Of a stretch of DNA of 64,000 nt, positions 63,206-64,000 are shown piece after piece. A program made the position numbers and the translations under genes. Every line of letters begins with the position of its first letter. Position 1 is the stretch's first letter. The stretch is from a bacterium (GTDB lineage: Bacteria > Zhuqueibacterota > Zhuqueibacteria > Oceanimicrobiales > Oceanimicrobiaceae). Location: assembly GCA_046757025.1 (NCBI GenBank), contig JBHHXN010000002.1:1-64000 (forward strand), given 5' to 3'. A model generated the notes under the pieces. It ran no database searches, had not been told where the DNA came from, and saw only the letters and a program-made list of their open reading frames with translations.

Positions 63206-64000
63206 TCATTCATTTGAATTGTTTAGAGTTCGTTTTCTTTCAATCTGAGTTAATTCGAAAATATTCCGAAATAACCTTTCGTAATTACGACTCATTTCTA
63301 TTTTACGTCTGGACATCACTCTTTTCGCGGTAACCAGACTTTTTTCTAAATGGTGCTCTGTGAGGCTTTCAGGACCGCCCCAGGCGAACGAGGGAATAAA
63401 TTTTGGCTGAAAGCTGCCCCCAAATATATTGCTCATTACCCCAACCACTGTGCCGGTATTAAACATCGTGTTAATTCCCGCTTTTGAATGATCGCCCATA
63501 AACAATCCCACAAACATGGAGCCGCTGTCGATCATTTCTCCATTCATATAGATTTTTACATTGCCATAATTGTTCTTCAAATCGCTGTTATTCGTATCGG
63601 CGCCCAGATTGACCCACTGCCCGAGGTAGGCGTGCCCCAGAAAGCCATCGTGTTGCTTGTTGCTGTAAGAATGAATGATGGATTCTTCCACTTCACCGCC
63701 CACTTTGCACACTTCTCCTATAGAGGTTCCTTCATAAATTTTGGCGCCGATTTTAATTGAAGAATTGTCCCCAACAAAAACCGGGCCCTCGATAACGGCA
63801 TTCGCCATTATCTTCACATTGCGGCCGATGTAAATAGGTCCGTTTTCAGCATCTATTACGACCCCCGGCTTAATCTGGGTGTTTTCCCCGATAAAAATGT
63901 TTTTTTTGTTCAAAAGGGTCGCTCCCTCGCAAATGCGACCACTTATGTTTCCATCCATCTGAATGGCGCTAAAATCGCTCTCAATTTCTGAAGCATTGTG
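63206..64000 (-). CDS. GlmU-like sugar nucleotidyl/acetyltransferase (hexapeptide repeats), 5' truncated by the window edge
   Basis: The frame is open to 64000; 'GGEVEESIIH.YSNKQHDGFLGH.YLG.WVNLGADTNNSDLKNNY'. Confidence 0.88.
   Translation of the reverse strand, partial: HNASEIESDFSAIQMDGNISGRICEGATLLNKKNIFIGENTQIKPGVVIDAENGPIYIGRNVKIMANAVIEGPVFVGDNSSIKIGAKIYEGTSIGEVCKVGGEVEESIIHSYSNKQHDGFLGHAYLGQWVNLGADTNNSDLKNNYGNVKIYMNGEMIDSGSMFVGLFMGDHSKAGINTMFNTGTVVGVMSNIFGGSFQPKFIPSFAWGGPESLTEHHLEKSLVTAKRVMSRRKIEMSRNYERLFRNIFELTQIERKRTLNNSNE

Overview
Bacterial chromosomal window with about 48 recognisable CDSs. Outer-membrane barrels, a TonB-dependent receptor and two proteins ending in a 'xNxPNPFNP' FlgD-Ig/T9SS-like domain suggest a diderm FCB-type lineage such as KSB1 or Calditrichota (inference only). 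Content is mostly housekeeping and envelope: tsaD, thrB-pyrE-pyrF, thiC with a TPP riboswitch, ftsB-like, two MATEs, two DAACS symporters, an ArsR/CadA/ZIP metal operon, HtrA, SRAP and a PAS-GGDEF-EAL protein. I found no transposase, integrase, CRISPR array, tRNA or rRNA. Main points the ORF track does not show: (1) ORFs 7894-8376 and 8380-8634 join into one PrdB/GrdB-like selenoprotein (in-frame UGA in a U-x-x-C motif with a SECIS-like hairpin) with no reductase partners in the window. (2) A 130-160 bp multi-branched intergenic element with terminal inverted repeats occurs four times, and two copies carry a nested palindromic insert. (3) An FGGY kinase plus sphingosine-1-phosphate-lyase-like operon. 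(4) A large M4/M36-like protease with a Cys/TM/Arg C-terminal tail sits next to a DUF2085 gene. (5) An AT-rich DnaA-box region (oriC candidate). (6) A 64-bp near-perfect repeat 16 kb apart. (7) A 12-codon uORF ahead of the MATE pair. All family calls are by eye from motifs; no searches were run.
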